From: Gammaproteobacteria bacterium
GTDB taxonomy: Bacteria > Pseudomonadota > Gammaproteobacteria > Xanthomonadales > Xanthomonadaceae
Direction: 5' to 3'
Length of the DNA stretch: 44,114 nt
Assembly (NCBI GenBank): GCA_012515985.1
Contig: JAAYXJ010000197.1
Location: 1-44,114 of the forward strand
Made by a program: the position numbers and the translations under genes. Below the pieces are notes generated by a model. That model worked only from the letters and a program-made list of their open reading frames with translations. It ran no database searches and was not told the DNA's origin. Of this stretch, positions 21,269 to 30,167 are shown piece after piece (position 1 is the stretch's first letter; each line of letters starts with the position of its first letter).

Positions 21269-22972
21269 TCAATAGCCCGCCGCCTGTCCGTCCTTGCGCG
21301 ACTCGCTGGCGCCGATCCAGCCGCCGTGGGGGTTGGCCTGGATCGCCTGGTATCCGCCGTACGGACCATCTGCGAACTGCACGCGATGGCCGCGCCGCAT
21401 CAGCTCCCGCACCGTTTCGTATGGAAACCCGGACTCCAGTTCGATCCGGCCGCCGTCGGCCATGGGCGCGTTGTCGCCCACCGGCTCGGCCGAGCCGTCG
21501 TGATGGATGCGCGGCGCATCGCCGGCCTCCTGCAGGTTCATGCCGAAATCGATCATGTTGATCAGGATCTGCACGTGGCCCTGCGGCTGCATGGCCCCGC
21601 CCATCACGCCATAGGACAGCCAGGGCTCGCCGTCCTTCGTCACGAAGGCAGGGATGATGGTGTGGAACGGCCGCTTGCCGGGCGCGTAGGCGTTGGGATG
21701 GTCCGGGTCGCCAAGCACGAACTGCTCGCCGCGGTTCTGCAGGATGAAGCCCAGCCCGGGCGGGGCCATGCCGCTGCCCATGCCGCGGTAGTTGGACTGG
21801 ATCAGCGACACCATCATGCCGTCGGCATCGGCGGTGGTGAGGTAGATGGTGTCGCCCTCGTCGAGCTGGCGCGGGGTCCCGGGCTGGACCTGGCGCGCGG
21901 CCCGGTACATCGAGATCAGCGCGCCGCGCTCGGCCGCGTATTCCTTGGAAATCAGCCGTTCCACCGGCACCGGGTGGAAATCCGGATCGGCGTACCAGCG
22001 CGCACGGTCGGCGAACGCCAGCTTCTTGGCCTCCACGAACAGGTGCACGTGCTCCGGGCTGCCAAAGCCGTACGCACCCAGGTCGTAGGGCTCGAGCAGG
22101 TTGAGGATCTGCAGCGCGGCAATGCCCTGGCCGCTGGGTGGCAGCTCCCACAGCTCGTAACCGCGGTAGCTGGTGGAAACCGGATCCACCCAGTTGCCCT
22201 CGTGCGCGGCCAGGTCTTCATAGCGCAGGAAGCCGCCGTGCTCGCGGAAGTACGCGTCGATGGTGCGCGCGATTTCTCCCTTGTAGAACGCATCACGGCC
22301 CCCTTCGGCGATCTTTTCCAGGGTGTCGGCGAGGTTGGGGTTGCGCCAGGTCTCGCCCTTGGCCGGCGCGCGGCCATCGATGGTGAACTGCTCCACGAAG
22401 CCCGGCCATTCCGACAGCACCGGCACCGAACGCGCCCAGTAGTGGGCGATGACCTCGTGGACCGGATGGCCCTGGCGCGCATAGCGGATCGTCGGCGCCA
22501 GCAGCTCGGCCATGGGCAGGCGGCCGAAGCGGCCGTGCAGGGCGAACCAGCCGTCCACCGCGCCGGGCACGCTCACCGGCAGCGGGCCGCGCGCGGGGAT
22601 CGCGTCCAGCCCGCGGCGGCGGAACTCCTCGATGGCCAGCCCCTGCGGCGAGCGCCCGGAGCCGTTGTATCCGTGCAGCCGGCGCGTGGCGGGATCCCAG
22701 ACGATGGCGAACAGGTCGCCGCCGATGCCGTTGCCGGTGGGTTCCATCAGGCCCAGCGCGGCGTTGGCGGCGATCGCCGCGTCCACCGCCGTACCGCCGG
22801 CCTTCATCACGTCCAGCGCCACCTGGGTGGCGAGCGGGTGCGAGGTGGCCGCCATCGCATGCGGCGCGTGCACCTCGCTGCGGGTGGCGAAGGGCTCGCC
22901 GGTGATGCGGTCGGCGGCGAATGCGGCCGGAACAACGGCCGCGGCCAGCACAAGGGCGAGCAGGCGGGGCAT
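21269..22972 (-). CDS. ggt: gamma-glutamyltransferase
   Basis: GGTAVDAAIA, GIGGD, catalytic Thr in GDTIYLTTAD, PGKRPFHTIIP, GVMGG, QPQ; signal peptide. Confidence 0.93.
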   Translation of the reverse strand: MPRLLALVLAAAVVPAAFAADRITGEPFATRSEVHAPHAMAATSHPLATQVALDVMKAGGTAVDAAIAANAALGLMEPTGNGIGGDLFAIVWDPATRRLHGYNGSGRSPQGLAIEEFRRRGLDAIPARGPLPVSVPGAVDGWFALHGRFGRLPMAELLAPTIRYARQGHPVHEVIAHYWARSVPVLSEWPGFVEQFTIDGRAPAKGETWRNPNLADTLEKIAEGGRDAFYKGEIARTIDAYFREHGGFLRYEDLAAHEGNWVDPVSTSYRGYELWELPPSGQGIAALQILNLLEPYDLGAYGFGSPEHVHLFVEAKKLAFADRARWYADPDFHPVPVERLISKEYAAERGALISMYRAARQVQPGTPRQLDEGDTIYLTTADADGMMVSLIQSNYRGMGSGMAPPGLGFILQNRGEQFVLGDPDHPNAYAPGKRPFHTIIPAFVTKDGEPWLSYGVMGGAMQPQGHVQILINMIDFGMNLQEAGDAPRIHHDGSAEPVGDNAPMADGGRIELESGFPYETVRELMRRGHRVQFADGPYGGYQAIQANPHGGWIGASESRKDGQAAGY

Positions 22973-23097
22973 CGGCGGATCCAGTGAATGACCAGCGCAC
23001 ACGATAACGCCGCGCGCCGACCTAGGGTTTGCCCCGGCTTGAAGCGCCCGCGCGCAGCTGCCAACACTGGGCCATCCTCCGCGCGTGGAATGCCGGC

Positions 23098-24966
23098 ATG
23101 AGCGCTATCAACCCGCTGTCCAACGCCATCGACATCGCCCGCACCATTGCGCGCCAGGCCCTGTCGCAGCTTCCGCAGCAGGCCGCGCCGACGCAGCAGC
23201 AGCCGGTATCCACCCTGCTGCATTCCTACCGGCCCGAACCGGCCTGGCATCCCCAGGTCGCGCCGCAGGCGCTGCAGGCCGGTTCGGCCGGCAGCTGCGG
23301 CCCCGCGGCGAACTACGGCCCCGACGGCTTCAGCCAATACGTGCAGGGCCAGCAGGCGCGCGAGCTGGATGTGGACTTCATGCGCATGTCGCACGCCGCC
23401 TACGGCGCGGAAGTGGACCTGTGCGGCTGGACCGAGGTCTCCCACGACGACCTCATCGCCGAGCACGGCTGGGATCCGGAGGTGCGCCTGGACGTCCCGG
23501 ACAGCCAGTTCAGCGCCACCGTCTTCACCGACGGCGAGGGCAACTACGTGCTCGCCTACCGCGGCACCGCGGACGGCGTGGAGGACTGGATCACCAACTT
23601 CGAGCAGGGCGCGGGCCAGGCGACCACCAGCGGCGAGTTCGAGGTGCTCGCGCCAATGGTCGCGCAGGAGTTCAAGACCGCGCTCGGCGATGGCCCGTCA
23701 CCGGGCAACCTGGCCATCACCGGGCATTCACAGGGCGGCGGCCTGGCGACGGTCGGTTCGCTGGTCACCGGCATCCCGGCGGTCACCTTCGACGCCTCCG
23801 GCATCCATCCGGACACCATGGACCGCCTGGGCCTGGACATGGGCACGGCGCGGGACGTGGCCGCCGACGGCCTGATCCGGCGCTATTCGCTGTACGAGGA
23901 CGCGCTGACCCAGGCCCAGCAGGACATCCCCGGCATCTCGCTGCTGCTGCCCGACGCGCTCGGCCACCCGATCGTGCTCAAGCCCGAGGGCGAGCTGGAC
24001 GCGGGCATGATCGAGCGCGCGCTCGAGCACCCGTCCATGCCCGACTGGGTGACCCCGGAGCTGGCCAACGCCCCGGGCGTGGAAAAGCTGGTGCGCGCGA
24101 TCATCAGCCACGACCAGCAGTTCATGGTCGACACCATGCTCCAGCAGCAGCCGTGGCAGGAGGGCTGGAGCAACCCGGATCCGACGCTGGGCCAGCAGCT
24201 CAACGGGCTGGTGCCGCAGTCGGTCCAGGATGACTACCAGCGCAACGTCTCCAACGTCGTCGGCGACGTTCGCGAAGTGATCCGCGAGCAGTTCGCCGAC
24301 GGCAACTACGTCGAAGGCGGGTTCATGATCTTCGGCGACCTGGTCGAGGGCTTCGCCAACTCGGTCGGCGACACCGTCAGCGGCTACGCCGGCGAGTTCG
24401 CCGACGGCGTGCGCCAGCAGGCCGGCGAGTGGGCGGACGGCCTGAATGGCCGCGGCCCGCTCGGCATCGGCACCGCGGCGGGCGCCGTGGTCGAGTTCTC
24501 CGGGAATGTCGCCGGCGCCCTGGTCGAGGGCGGCGGCACGGCGTTCGAATGGGCCGCCGACGGTCTCGGCGATACCTTCGAGACCCTGGCGGACGTCTCC
24601 GGCGACGCCGCCCAGTGGGCGGTGGACGGCTTCGTGGCGAACGTCAACGCCGCGGTCGATGGCGCCGGCTACGTGGTCGACGCCATCGGCACCGGCGTCG
24701 ACTACGCGCTCCAGGCCGCGGAAACCGGCTGGAACACGCTGGTCGATACCGTCAGCGTCACCTGGGACACGACCAGGGAGATCGCCGGCTCGGCCTGGGA
24801 CGCCACGAAGGAAGTCGCCGGTTCCGCCTGGGACGCCACGACCGATGCGGCTACCAGCGTGTGGAACGGCGCGGTGGACGGGGCCAAGACCGCCTGGGAC
24901 ACCACCACCGATGCCATCTCCGGCGGCGCGTCATGGATCAACAGCAAGATGCCGTGGAACTGGTGA
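23098..24966 (+). CDS. lipase class 3-like phospholipase with C-terminal amphipathic repeat tail
   Basis: VLAYRGT, DWITN, ITGHSQGGG, AVTFDA, DALT, SHD (candidate Ser-Asp-His triad); no Sec signal. Confidence 0.8.
   Translation: MSAINPLSNAIDIARTIARQALSQLPQQAAPTQQQPVSTLLHSYRPEPAWHPQVAPQALQAGSAGSCGPAANYGPDGFSQYVQGQQARELDVDFMRMSHAAYGAEVDLCGWTEVSHDDLIAEHGWDPEVRLDVPDSQFSATVFTDGEGNYVLAYRGTADGVEDWITNFEQGAGQATTSGEFEVLAPMVAQEFKTALGDGPSPGNLAITGHSQGGGLATVGSLVTGIPAVTFDASGIHPDTMDRLGLDMGTARDVAADGLIRRYSLYEDALTQAQQDIPGISLLLPDALGHPIVLKPEGELDAGMIERALEHPSMPDWVTPELANAPGVEKLVRAIISHDQQFMVDTMLQQQPWQEGWSNPDPTLGQQLNGLVPQSVQDDYQRNVSNVVGDVREVIREQFADGNYVEGGFMIFGDLVEGFANSVGDTVSGYAGEFADGVRQQAGEWADGLNGRGPLGIGTAAGAVVEFSGNVAGALVEGGGTAFEWAADGLGDTFETLADVSGDAAQWAVDGFVANVNAAVDGAGYVVDAIGTGVDYALQAAETGWNTLVDTVSVTWDTTREIAGSAWDATKEVAGSAWDATTDAATSVWNGAVDGAKTAWDTTTDAISGGASWINSKMPWNW
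24730..24897 (+). repeat. 33-bp / 11-aa periodic repeat with Trp every 11 residues
   Basis: Six Trp codons at 33-bp spacing from 24730 to 24895; near-identical units AGSAWDAT at 24784 and 24817. Confidence 0.85.
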
Positions 24967-25029
24967 CCCGGCACCGATTGCTGGCGCCGGGTGACAAGGC
25001 GATGCACGCGCGGCAGGATTAAGCCCACG

Positions 25030-25761
25030 ATGCACCCGCCCGGCCTCCCACTCCTGCTGCTGATGGCCGTCCTGTCCGGCCCCGCCTGCCAGAAGGCCCA
25101 AATGACCAATTCCGCATTCACCGACGCGCGCAGCGCGCAGCTTGCCGATGCCGCGGCCCGGGGCGACGCCGCCTTGGTCCGCTCGCAGCTCCAGCAGGGC
25201 GCCGATCCCGACGCCCGGGGCGAAGACGGACTGAACCTGCTCCAGCACGCCATCATTTCCGGTAGCCGCGACGGGCTGGAGGCGCTGCTGGCCGGCGGCG
25301 CCGACCCCAACCTGCACGGCTACAGCGGCGCTACCGCGCTGCATACCGCGGCCATCGCCGATGACCCGGGATTCCTGGAGTTGCTGCTCGCCCACGGCGG
25401 AGACCCCAACGTAGCCCACGCCGTCACCGGCGAGCGGCCGCTGGCCAAGGCGGTCGGGATGCGCACCACGCGCCAGTTCCAGCTGCTGCTGGAAGCCGGC
25501 GCCGACCCCAATGCGGCCGACCGCACCGGCAACACCGCGCTGCACCGGGCGGCGATGGTCAACGCCGGCACCCACGTGCGCGCGCTGCTGGAAGCCGGCG
25601 CCGATCCGTTGGCGAAGAACGCCCAGGATGCGACGTTCCAAGCCTATTACTTCGGCGTGCCCGACAACGTGATCAACGATGAGACCCGCGCCCACCGCCA
25701 GGCAATCATCGCCTGGCTGCGCGGGCACAACGTCCCGCTGGAAGCAGCGGTCGACCCCTGA
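25030..25761 (+). CDS. ankyrin-repeat exported protein (possible lipoprotein; candidate immunity/accessory protein)
   Basis: Repeated GADPN, TALHxAA; hydrophobic N-terminus ending GPAC. Confidence 0.85.
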   Translation: MHPPGLPLLLLMAVLSGPACQKAQMTNSAFTDARSAQLADAAARGDAALVRSQLQQGADPDARGEDGLNLLQHAIISGSRDGLEALLAGGADPNLHGYSGATALHTAAIADDPGFLELLLAHGGDPNVAHAVTGERPLAKAVGMRTTRQFQLLLEAGADPNAADRTGNTALHRAAMVNAGTHVRALLEAGADPLAKNAQDATFQAYYFGVPDNVINDETRAHRQAIIAWLRGHNVPLEAAVDP

Positions 25762-25764
25762 GCG

Positions 25765-26397
25765 CTAGGGCCAGGCGGGCGGATCCTCGACCCAGGCGGC
25801 ATGCACCTCGGCCAGCGCCGCGCGGTCGCGGTCGCTCCAGTCCGGCAGCAGCACCTCCAGGTCGGGCTTGGACCAGCGCTGCGGCCAGGTCCTGACCGCC
25901 GCGGCGTACCACTCGGTCGCTTCCCGGGGACGATCGAGCCGCCACAGCGCGAGGGCAAAGGTGGGCGGTACCCATTCCGGCCGCTGCGGGCGGTCGGAGT
26001 AGGCGGCCAGCCATTGTTCCAGCGCGCCGGCGGCGTCACCGGCGCGGTACAGGTCCCAGCCGAAGTTCCAGTGCACCGAATCGCGCAGCGAGCTGCGGCC
26101 CCGGCCCATTTCTTCCAGCAGCTGTCCATACAGGCCACGCCCGAGCTCCGGCCGCCCCTGCTCCATGGCGATGCGCGCCAGCTGCGCCTGGGCGGTGTGG
26201 CGGTTGCGGTCGTTGCGCTGGATCATGCGCAGCAGCTGCTCCTGGGCCGCCTCGTCGTCGCCCTCGACCGCCACCAGCGGGCGGGCGATGCGCTCGTCTT
26301 CATCGAAATAGAACTCTGCCGGCCTGGGCAGCTGCTGGGCGGGGGCGGCGCACGCCAGTGCCAGCAGGACAAGGCCGAATACGACACGTAAACGCAT
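25765..26397 (-). CDS. exported TPR-like protein
   Basis: Signal peptide MRLRVVFGLVLLALAC; helical repeats (WNFGWDLYRAGD); TACAAT upstream. Confidence 0.7.
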   Translation of the reverse strand: MRLRVVFGLVLLALACAAPAQQLPRPAEFYFDEDERIARPLVAVEGDDEAAQEQLLRMIQRNDRNRHTAQAQLARIAMEQGRPELGRGLYGQLLEEMGRGRSSLRDSVHWNFGWDLYRAGDAAGALEQWLAAYSDRPQRPEWVPPTFALALWRLDRPREATEWYAAAVRTWPQRWSKPDLEVLLPDWSDRDRAALAEVHAAWVEDPPAWP

Positions 26398-26467
26398 GAT
26401 TCCATCTGTATCCCGGATCCCCGGGCGTATTGTAACGCGAGGCCGCGCGGCTTGCTGCGCGTCCCGG

Positions 26468-27565
26468 TCATCCGCCGCCGGCGACCGCGGGCCACTGCGC
26501 GCGGCGCAGGAAGCGGCAGGCGGCCCGTTCCCACTGGCGCGGCCCGCGCGCACGCGCCGCGGCCCTGCCCAGGCGGCCCGCCTCCCATGCCTCGAAGACC
26601 CGCGGATCGATATAGGCCTTGCGGCATACCGCCGGCGTATTGCCCAGGGCCGCAGCCACTTCGCACGCCACCTCGTTGCACACCTGCGCCAGGGCGCGGG
26701 CGGACGGCGCCTGGCGTCCGGCCGCGGGCTCGGGCAGCGGCGTGGCCGCCAGGCGGCGGAAGGCCAGCAGGGTGGCGCCCCATGTGCGGATATCCTTGGC
26801 GGTGAAGTCGGCGCCGGTAGCCCGTCGCAGGTAGGCATTGACGTCGCCCGAACCCAGCGGCCGCACCCTGCCGCCGGCGTCGCGGTACTGGAACAGCTGC
26901 TGGCCCGGCAGTTCCTGGCATGCCTTCACCAGCCGCGCCAGGCGCGGGTCGTCGACCAGGACTTCCTGCATCTGGCCGCCCTTGCCGCGGAAGCGCAGCC
27001 GCGCGCGACCCGGCCGCAGCACCCGCAGATGCCGGTCCCGCAGCGTGGTCAGGCCGTAGGAACCATTGTCACGGGCGTACGCGTCGTTGCCCACCCGCAC
27101 CAGCGTGTCCATCATCAGCGAGACGGCAATCGCCAGCACCTTGTCACGCGGCAGGCCGCGGCGGCCCAGGTCGCGGCGCAGGCGCCGGCGCAGGCGGGGC
27201 AGGGCATCGCCGAAATCCGCCAGCCGCGTGAACCGGACCTCCCCGCGTACGCGCTGCCAGCCGGGGTGGTAGCGATACTGCTTGCGGCCCCTGGCGTCAC
27301 GCCCGGTCGCCTGCAGGTGGCCGCGCTCATGCGGGCAGATCCACACCCCGGTCCAGGCCGGGGGGATGGCCAGCGCGCGGATGCGCGCGAGCACCTCGCG
27401 GTCTTCCACCCGGCTCCCGTCCGGCAGGCGATAGCTGAATCCGTTGCCTCGCCGCACCCGGCTGATGCCGGGCCCGGCATCGCTCCCATACAGCAGGCCG
27501 GCGCGCGCGGCATGGCCGCGGCACGGGGCGTCGTCGTCACTGCTGGGGTCGGAGCTGGCAGCCAT
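26468..27565 (-). CDS. DNA topoisomerase IB (bacterial, poxvirus-like)
   Basis: IPPAW, GRDARGRKQYRYH, RVGN, YGLTTL, FRGKGG, KDIRTW, LGNTPAVCRKAYIDP with the catalytic Tyr. Confidence 0.93.
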   Translation of the reverse strand: MAASSDPSSDDDAPCRGHAARAGLLYGSDAGPGISRVRRGNGFSYRLPDGSRVEDREVLARIRALAIPPAWTGVWICPHERGHLQATGRDARGRKQYRYHPGWQRVRGEVRFTRLADFGDALPRLRRRLRRDLGRRGLPRDKVLAIAVSLMMDTLVRVGNDAYARDNGSYGLTTLRDRHLRVLRPGRARLRFRGKGGQMQEVLVDDPRLARLVKACQELPGQQLFQYRDAGGRVRPLGSGDVNAYLRRATGADFTAKDIRTWGATLLAFRRLAATPLPEPAAGRQAPSARALAQVCNEVACEVAAALGNTPAVCRKAYIDPRVFEAWEAGRLGRAAARARGPRQWERAACRFLRRAQWPAVAGGG

Positions 27566-27709
27566 CGCCGGGAGCTTCGTGGCAGGGGCGTGGAGGCGGC
27601 GCATGCAACTGCGCCGGTGCGATCCGGTTCAGTCGGGCGGACCGGGCTTGACGCAGCGCCAACATCTTCCGGTGCAGGCTGGCGGCCATGCCCAGTCCAT
27701 GGAGTCGCC

Positions 27710-28087
27710 GTGGTCCGCTCGATGCTCCTGCCCGCCGCCGTGCTGGCGATGCTCGCTGCCTGTGCGCAGCAGCAGCCCCTTCCGGACCAGGATGGGGGGC
27801 TGGCGCAGGCCGGTGGAGTGCAGGAATCCCTGCCAGCGCCCGCGCAACCTCCCGCAGCGTCCGGCCCCGGCGGCCTGGACGACGACCCCTGCGATGCCGC
27901 GGCTGCGCAATCGCTGGTCGGGCAGCAGGCCAGTGACGAAATCATCGAACGGGCGCGGGTTGCCGCCGGCGCCGGGATGGCGCGGACCCTGCACCCGGAC
28001 CAGGCCGTGACCATGGAATACCGCGCCGGGCGGCTGAACATCGACATCGACCATGCCGGCGTGATCACCGGCTTCCGCTGCGGTTGA
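27710..28087 (+). CDS. I78 family peptidase inhibitor lipoprotein
   Basis: GGAG RBS, GTG start, lipobox LAAC; CDA...LVGQ...VTMEYRAGRLNI...CG. Confidence 0.85.
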   Translation: MVRSMLLPAAVLAMLAACAQQQPLPDQDGGLAQAGGVQESLPAPAQPPAASGPGGLDDDPCDAAAAQSLVGQQASDEIIERARVAAGAGMARTLHPDQAVTMEYRAGRLNIDIDHAGVITGFRCG

Positions 28088-28103
28088 GACAGGAGACCCC
28101 GAT

Positions 28104-28490
28104 ATGATCGCTACCCGCTTGATTGCCGCAGCCCCGGCCGCGCTGGCGCTGGCACTGGCCGCGTGCACCGTCGAACCCGACGTGGACACGGTTCCGGCCG
28201 ACACCCGCACCGACGCCCCGGCCGATGGTCACCTGGAGGCCATCACCGATACCGAGGCGCGGGTCGACCCGCAGGTGGACGACTACCACCGCGTACACCC
28301 CGAGTCGAAAGAGGACCCGGAGGAGGAATCACCGCCGCAGATTCCTCCGCCCGACCATCCGCTGCCGCGGCTGGAAGGTGATCCGACCCCGGTTCCGGCC
28401 ACCGGCAGCGAGGAAGGACCCTATCGGGAGGAGCCGACGACCACCCGCCAGGCGGTCCCGCTGGACAGCGATCCGCCGGTTGACGACTGA
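28104..28490 (+). CDS. acidic Pro-rich hypothetical lipoprotein
   Basis: AGGAG RBS, lipobox LAAC, D/E/P-rich low-complexity body. Confidence 0.7.
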   Translation: MIATRLIAAAPAALALALAACTVEPDVDTVPADTRTDAPADGHLEAITDTEARVDPQVDDYHRVHPESKEDPEEESPPQIPPPDHPLPRLEGDPTPVPATGSEEGPYREEPTTTRQAVPLDSDPPVDD

Positions 28491-28596
28491 ACCGTTCACA
28501 TCGCCCGCAAGCCGGCGCCCGTGGCTGTTCGCGGGCCGATCCGCCGCGCCGCTTTTCTGCTAACTTCGAACTCCTCCTGTTCACGCACATGATGGG

Positions 28597-29688
28597 ATGT
28601 TGAAGGGCGGCACTCCTCCCGGCCGGATCCTCGTGGTTGACGACCAGCCCGGCAACCTGCGGGTCGTTGGCGCGCTGCTCTCGCGCAATGGCCATGAGGT
28701 GCTGCCCGCCTCCAACGGCCACGAGGCCCTGGAGATCGCGGCGCGCGAACTGCCGGACCTGATCCTGCTCGACGTGATGATGCCGGACATGGACGGCTTC
28801 GAGGTGCTGGCGCAGATCAAGCGCGAGGAAGCCCTGATGCAGCTGCCGGTGGTGTGCCTGACCGCCGCCCGCGATCGCGAGCAGCTGCTGCGCGCGTTCG
28901 ACGCCGGCGCGGTGGACTACGTCACCAAGCCCTTCCTGCCCGAGGAGCTGCTGGCCCGCGTGAACGCCCACCTGGGCCTGAAGCTCACCCGCGACCGCCT
29001 GGAACGGGTGGCCCGCGAGCGCCAGGAGCTGGTCAACCTGGTGGCACATGACCTCAAGAACCCGCTGGGCAGCGTGCTGTTCGCCGTGGACATCCTGCGC
29101 AACGACGGGGTGCCGGAGCACCGCATCCCGCGCTATCTGGAAACCATTCACGACAGCGCCAGCGACGCGATCGGGTACATCCGCCTGTACCTGGAGACCC
29201 AGCGCGCGGCGCGCCGCCGCAGCACCGATGCGGTGGCGGTGGTCGCCGATGTGCTGCGCGTCCTTGAGCACCGCTACGGGCTGCAGTTCGAGGCCCGCGG
29301 CGTGCAGCTGAAACTGCAGGCTCCGCCCGATGCCAGGGCGCTGATCGATCCGGTCGTGCTGCGGCAGGTGGTCGAGAACCTGGTCAGCAACGCGCTCAAG
29401 TACGCCCCGGACAGCGACCTGGAGCTCAGCTGCCGCCTCGGCGCCCCGGGCTACGTCCAGCTGCTGGCCGAGGACCGCGGGCCGGGGATCCCGCCGGCGC
29501 GGCAGCGCCAGCTGTTCCAGCCGTTCACCCGCCTGCACGCCGGCGGCGAAGCCGACGACGTTTCCAGCGGGCTGGGCCTGAGCCTGGCCCGCCAGATCAT
29601 CGCCGATGCCGGGGGCCAGCTCTGGTACGAGGACCGCGAAGGCGGCGGGGCCCGCTTCATCGTCGAACTGCCGGCCCCGCGCGACTGA
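28597..29688 (+). CDS. hybrid response regulator/histidine kinase (REC-HisKA-HATPase)
   Basis: VVDD, LLDVMMP, KP; H-box AHDLKNPL, NLVSNALKY, DRGPGI, GLGL. Confidence 0.92.
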   Translation: MLKGGTPPGRILVVDDQPGNLRVVGALLSRNGHEVLPASNGHEALEIAARELPDLILLDVMMPDMDGFEVLAQIKREEALMQLPVVCLTAARDREQLLRAFDAGAVDYVTKPFLPEELLARVNAHLGLKLTRDRLERVARERQELVNLVAHDLKNPLGSVLFAVDILRNDGVPEHRIPRYLETIHDSASDAIGYIRLYLETQRAARRRSTDAVAVVADVLRVLEHRYGLQFEARGVQLKLQAPPDARALIDPVVLRQVVENLVSNALKYAPDSDLELSCRLGAPGYVQLLAEDRGPGIPPARQRQLFQPFTRLHAGGEADDVSSGLGLSLARQIIADAGGQLWYEDREGGGARFIVELPAPRD

Positions 29689-29721
29689 TCGCGCGTCGCG
29701 GGATCGGTGGGACGCCCGCGA

Positions 29722-30081
29722 TCAGGCTCCTTCATCGCCCCCGTGCGCGGCGACCGGCTCGCGCCGGCGGTCTGCCCGCGGCGCCCTGGGCTCGCGGCGC
29801 GCCGTGCCTTCGATGGCGTGGCCGTTGGCTTCGCGCCGCCGCCGGTACGCATACACCACCAGGCCCGCGGCCACCGCCATGAGCGCCGCCGCGCTGGTGG
29901 CGGTGATCACCGGATGGCGCTTGGTGGAGCGGACCACGGCGCGGCCGCCCGCGCGCGCGGCGCCCACGGCCATGCCGGCCTTGAACCATTTCTGGGCGTG
30001 GTTGGGCACGTGGCGGATGCCGTGGCCGATGTGTCCGGCCAGCTGCGAGGCGCGGTCCTGGAGGGAGTCGAATCTGTTCAT
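29722..30081 (-). CDS. small hypothetical single-TM protein
   Basis: AAGGA RBS before MNRFDSLQ; one hydrophobic segment followed by RRRR. Confidence 0.65.
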   Translation of the reverse strand: MNRFDSLQDRASQLAGHIGHGIRHVPNHAQKWFKAGMAVGAARAGGRAVVRSTKRHPVITATSAAALMAVAAGLVVYAYRRRREANGHAIEGTARREPRAPRADRRREPVAAHGGDEGA

Positions 30082-30167
30082 GGGCGGTTCCTTGGGAGTG
30101 GTCCTGCGGGCATGGCCCGCGTGGCGTGGAGTATCCGGCAGCGTGCGTAGCAGACGCGTGATCGGGA

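Noticed and set aside
24730-24897. 33-bp periodic repeats as a possible CRISPR array or prophage tape-measure gene
   Set aside because: In-frame degenerate coding repeats with no unique spacers, no cas genes and no phage genes
26468-27565. Possible tyrosine recombinase/integrase marking a mobile element
   Set aside because: Motifs match topoisomerase IB; no att repeats, tRNA or phage genes, and no GC shift
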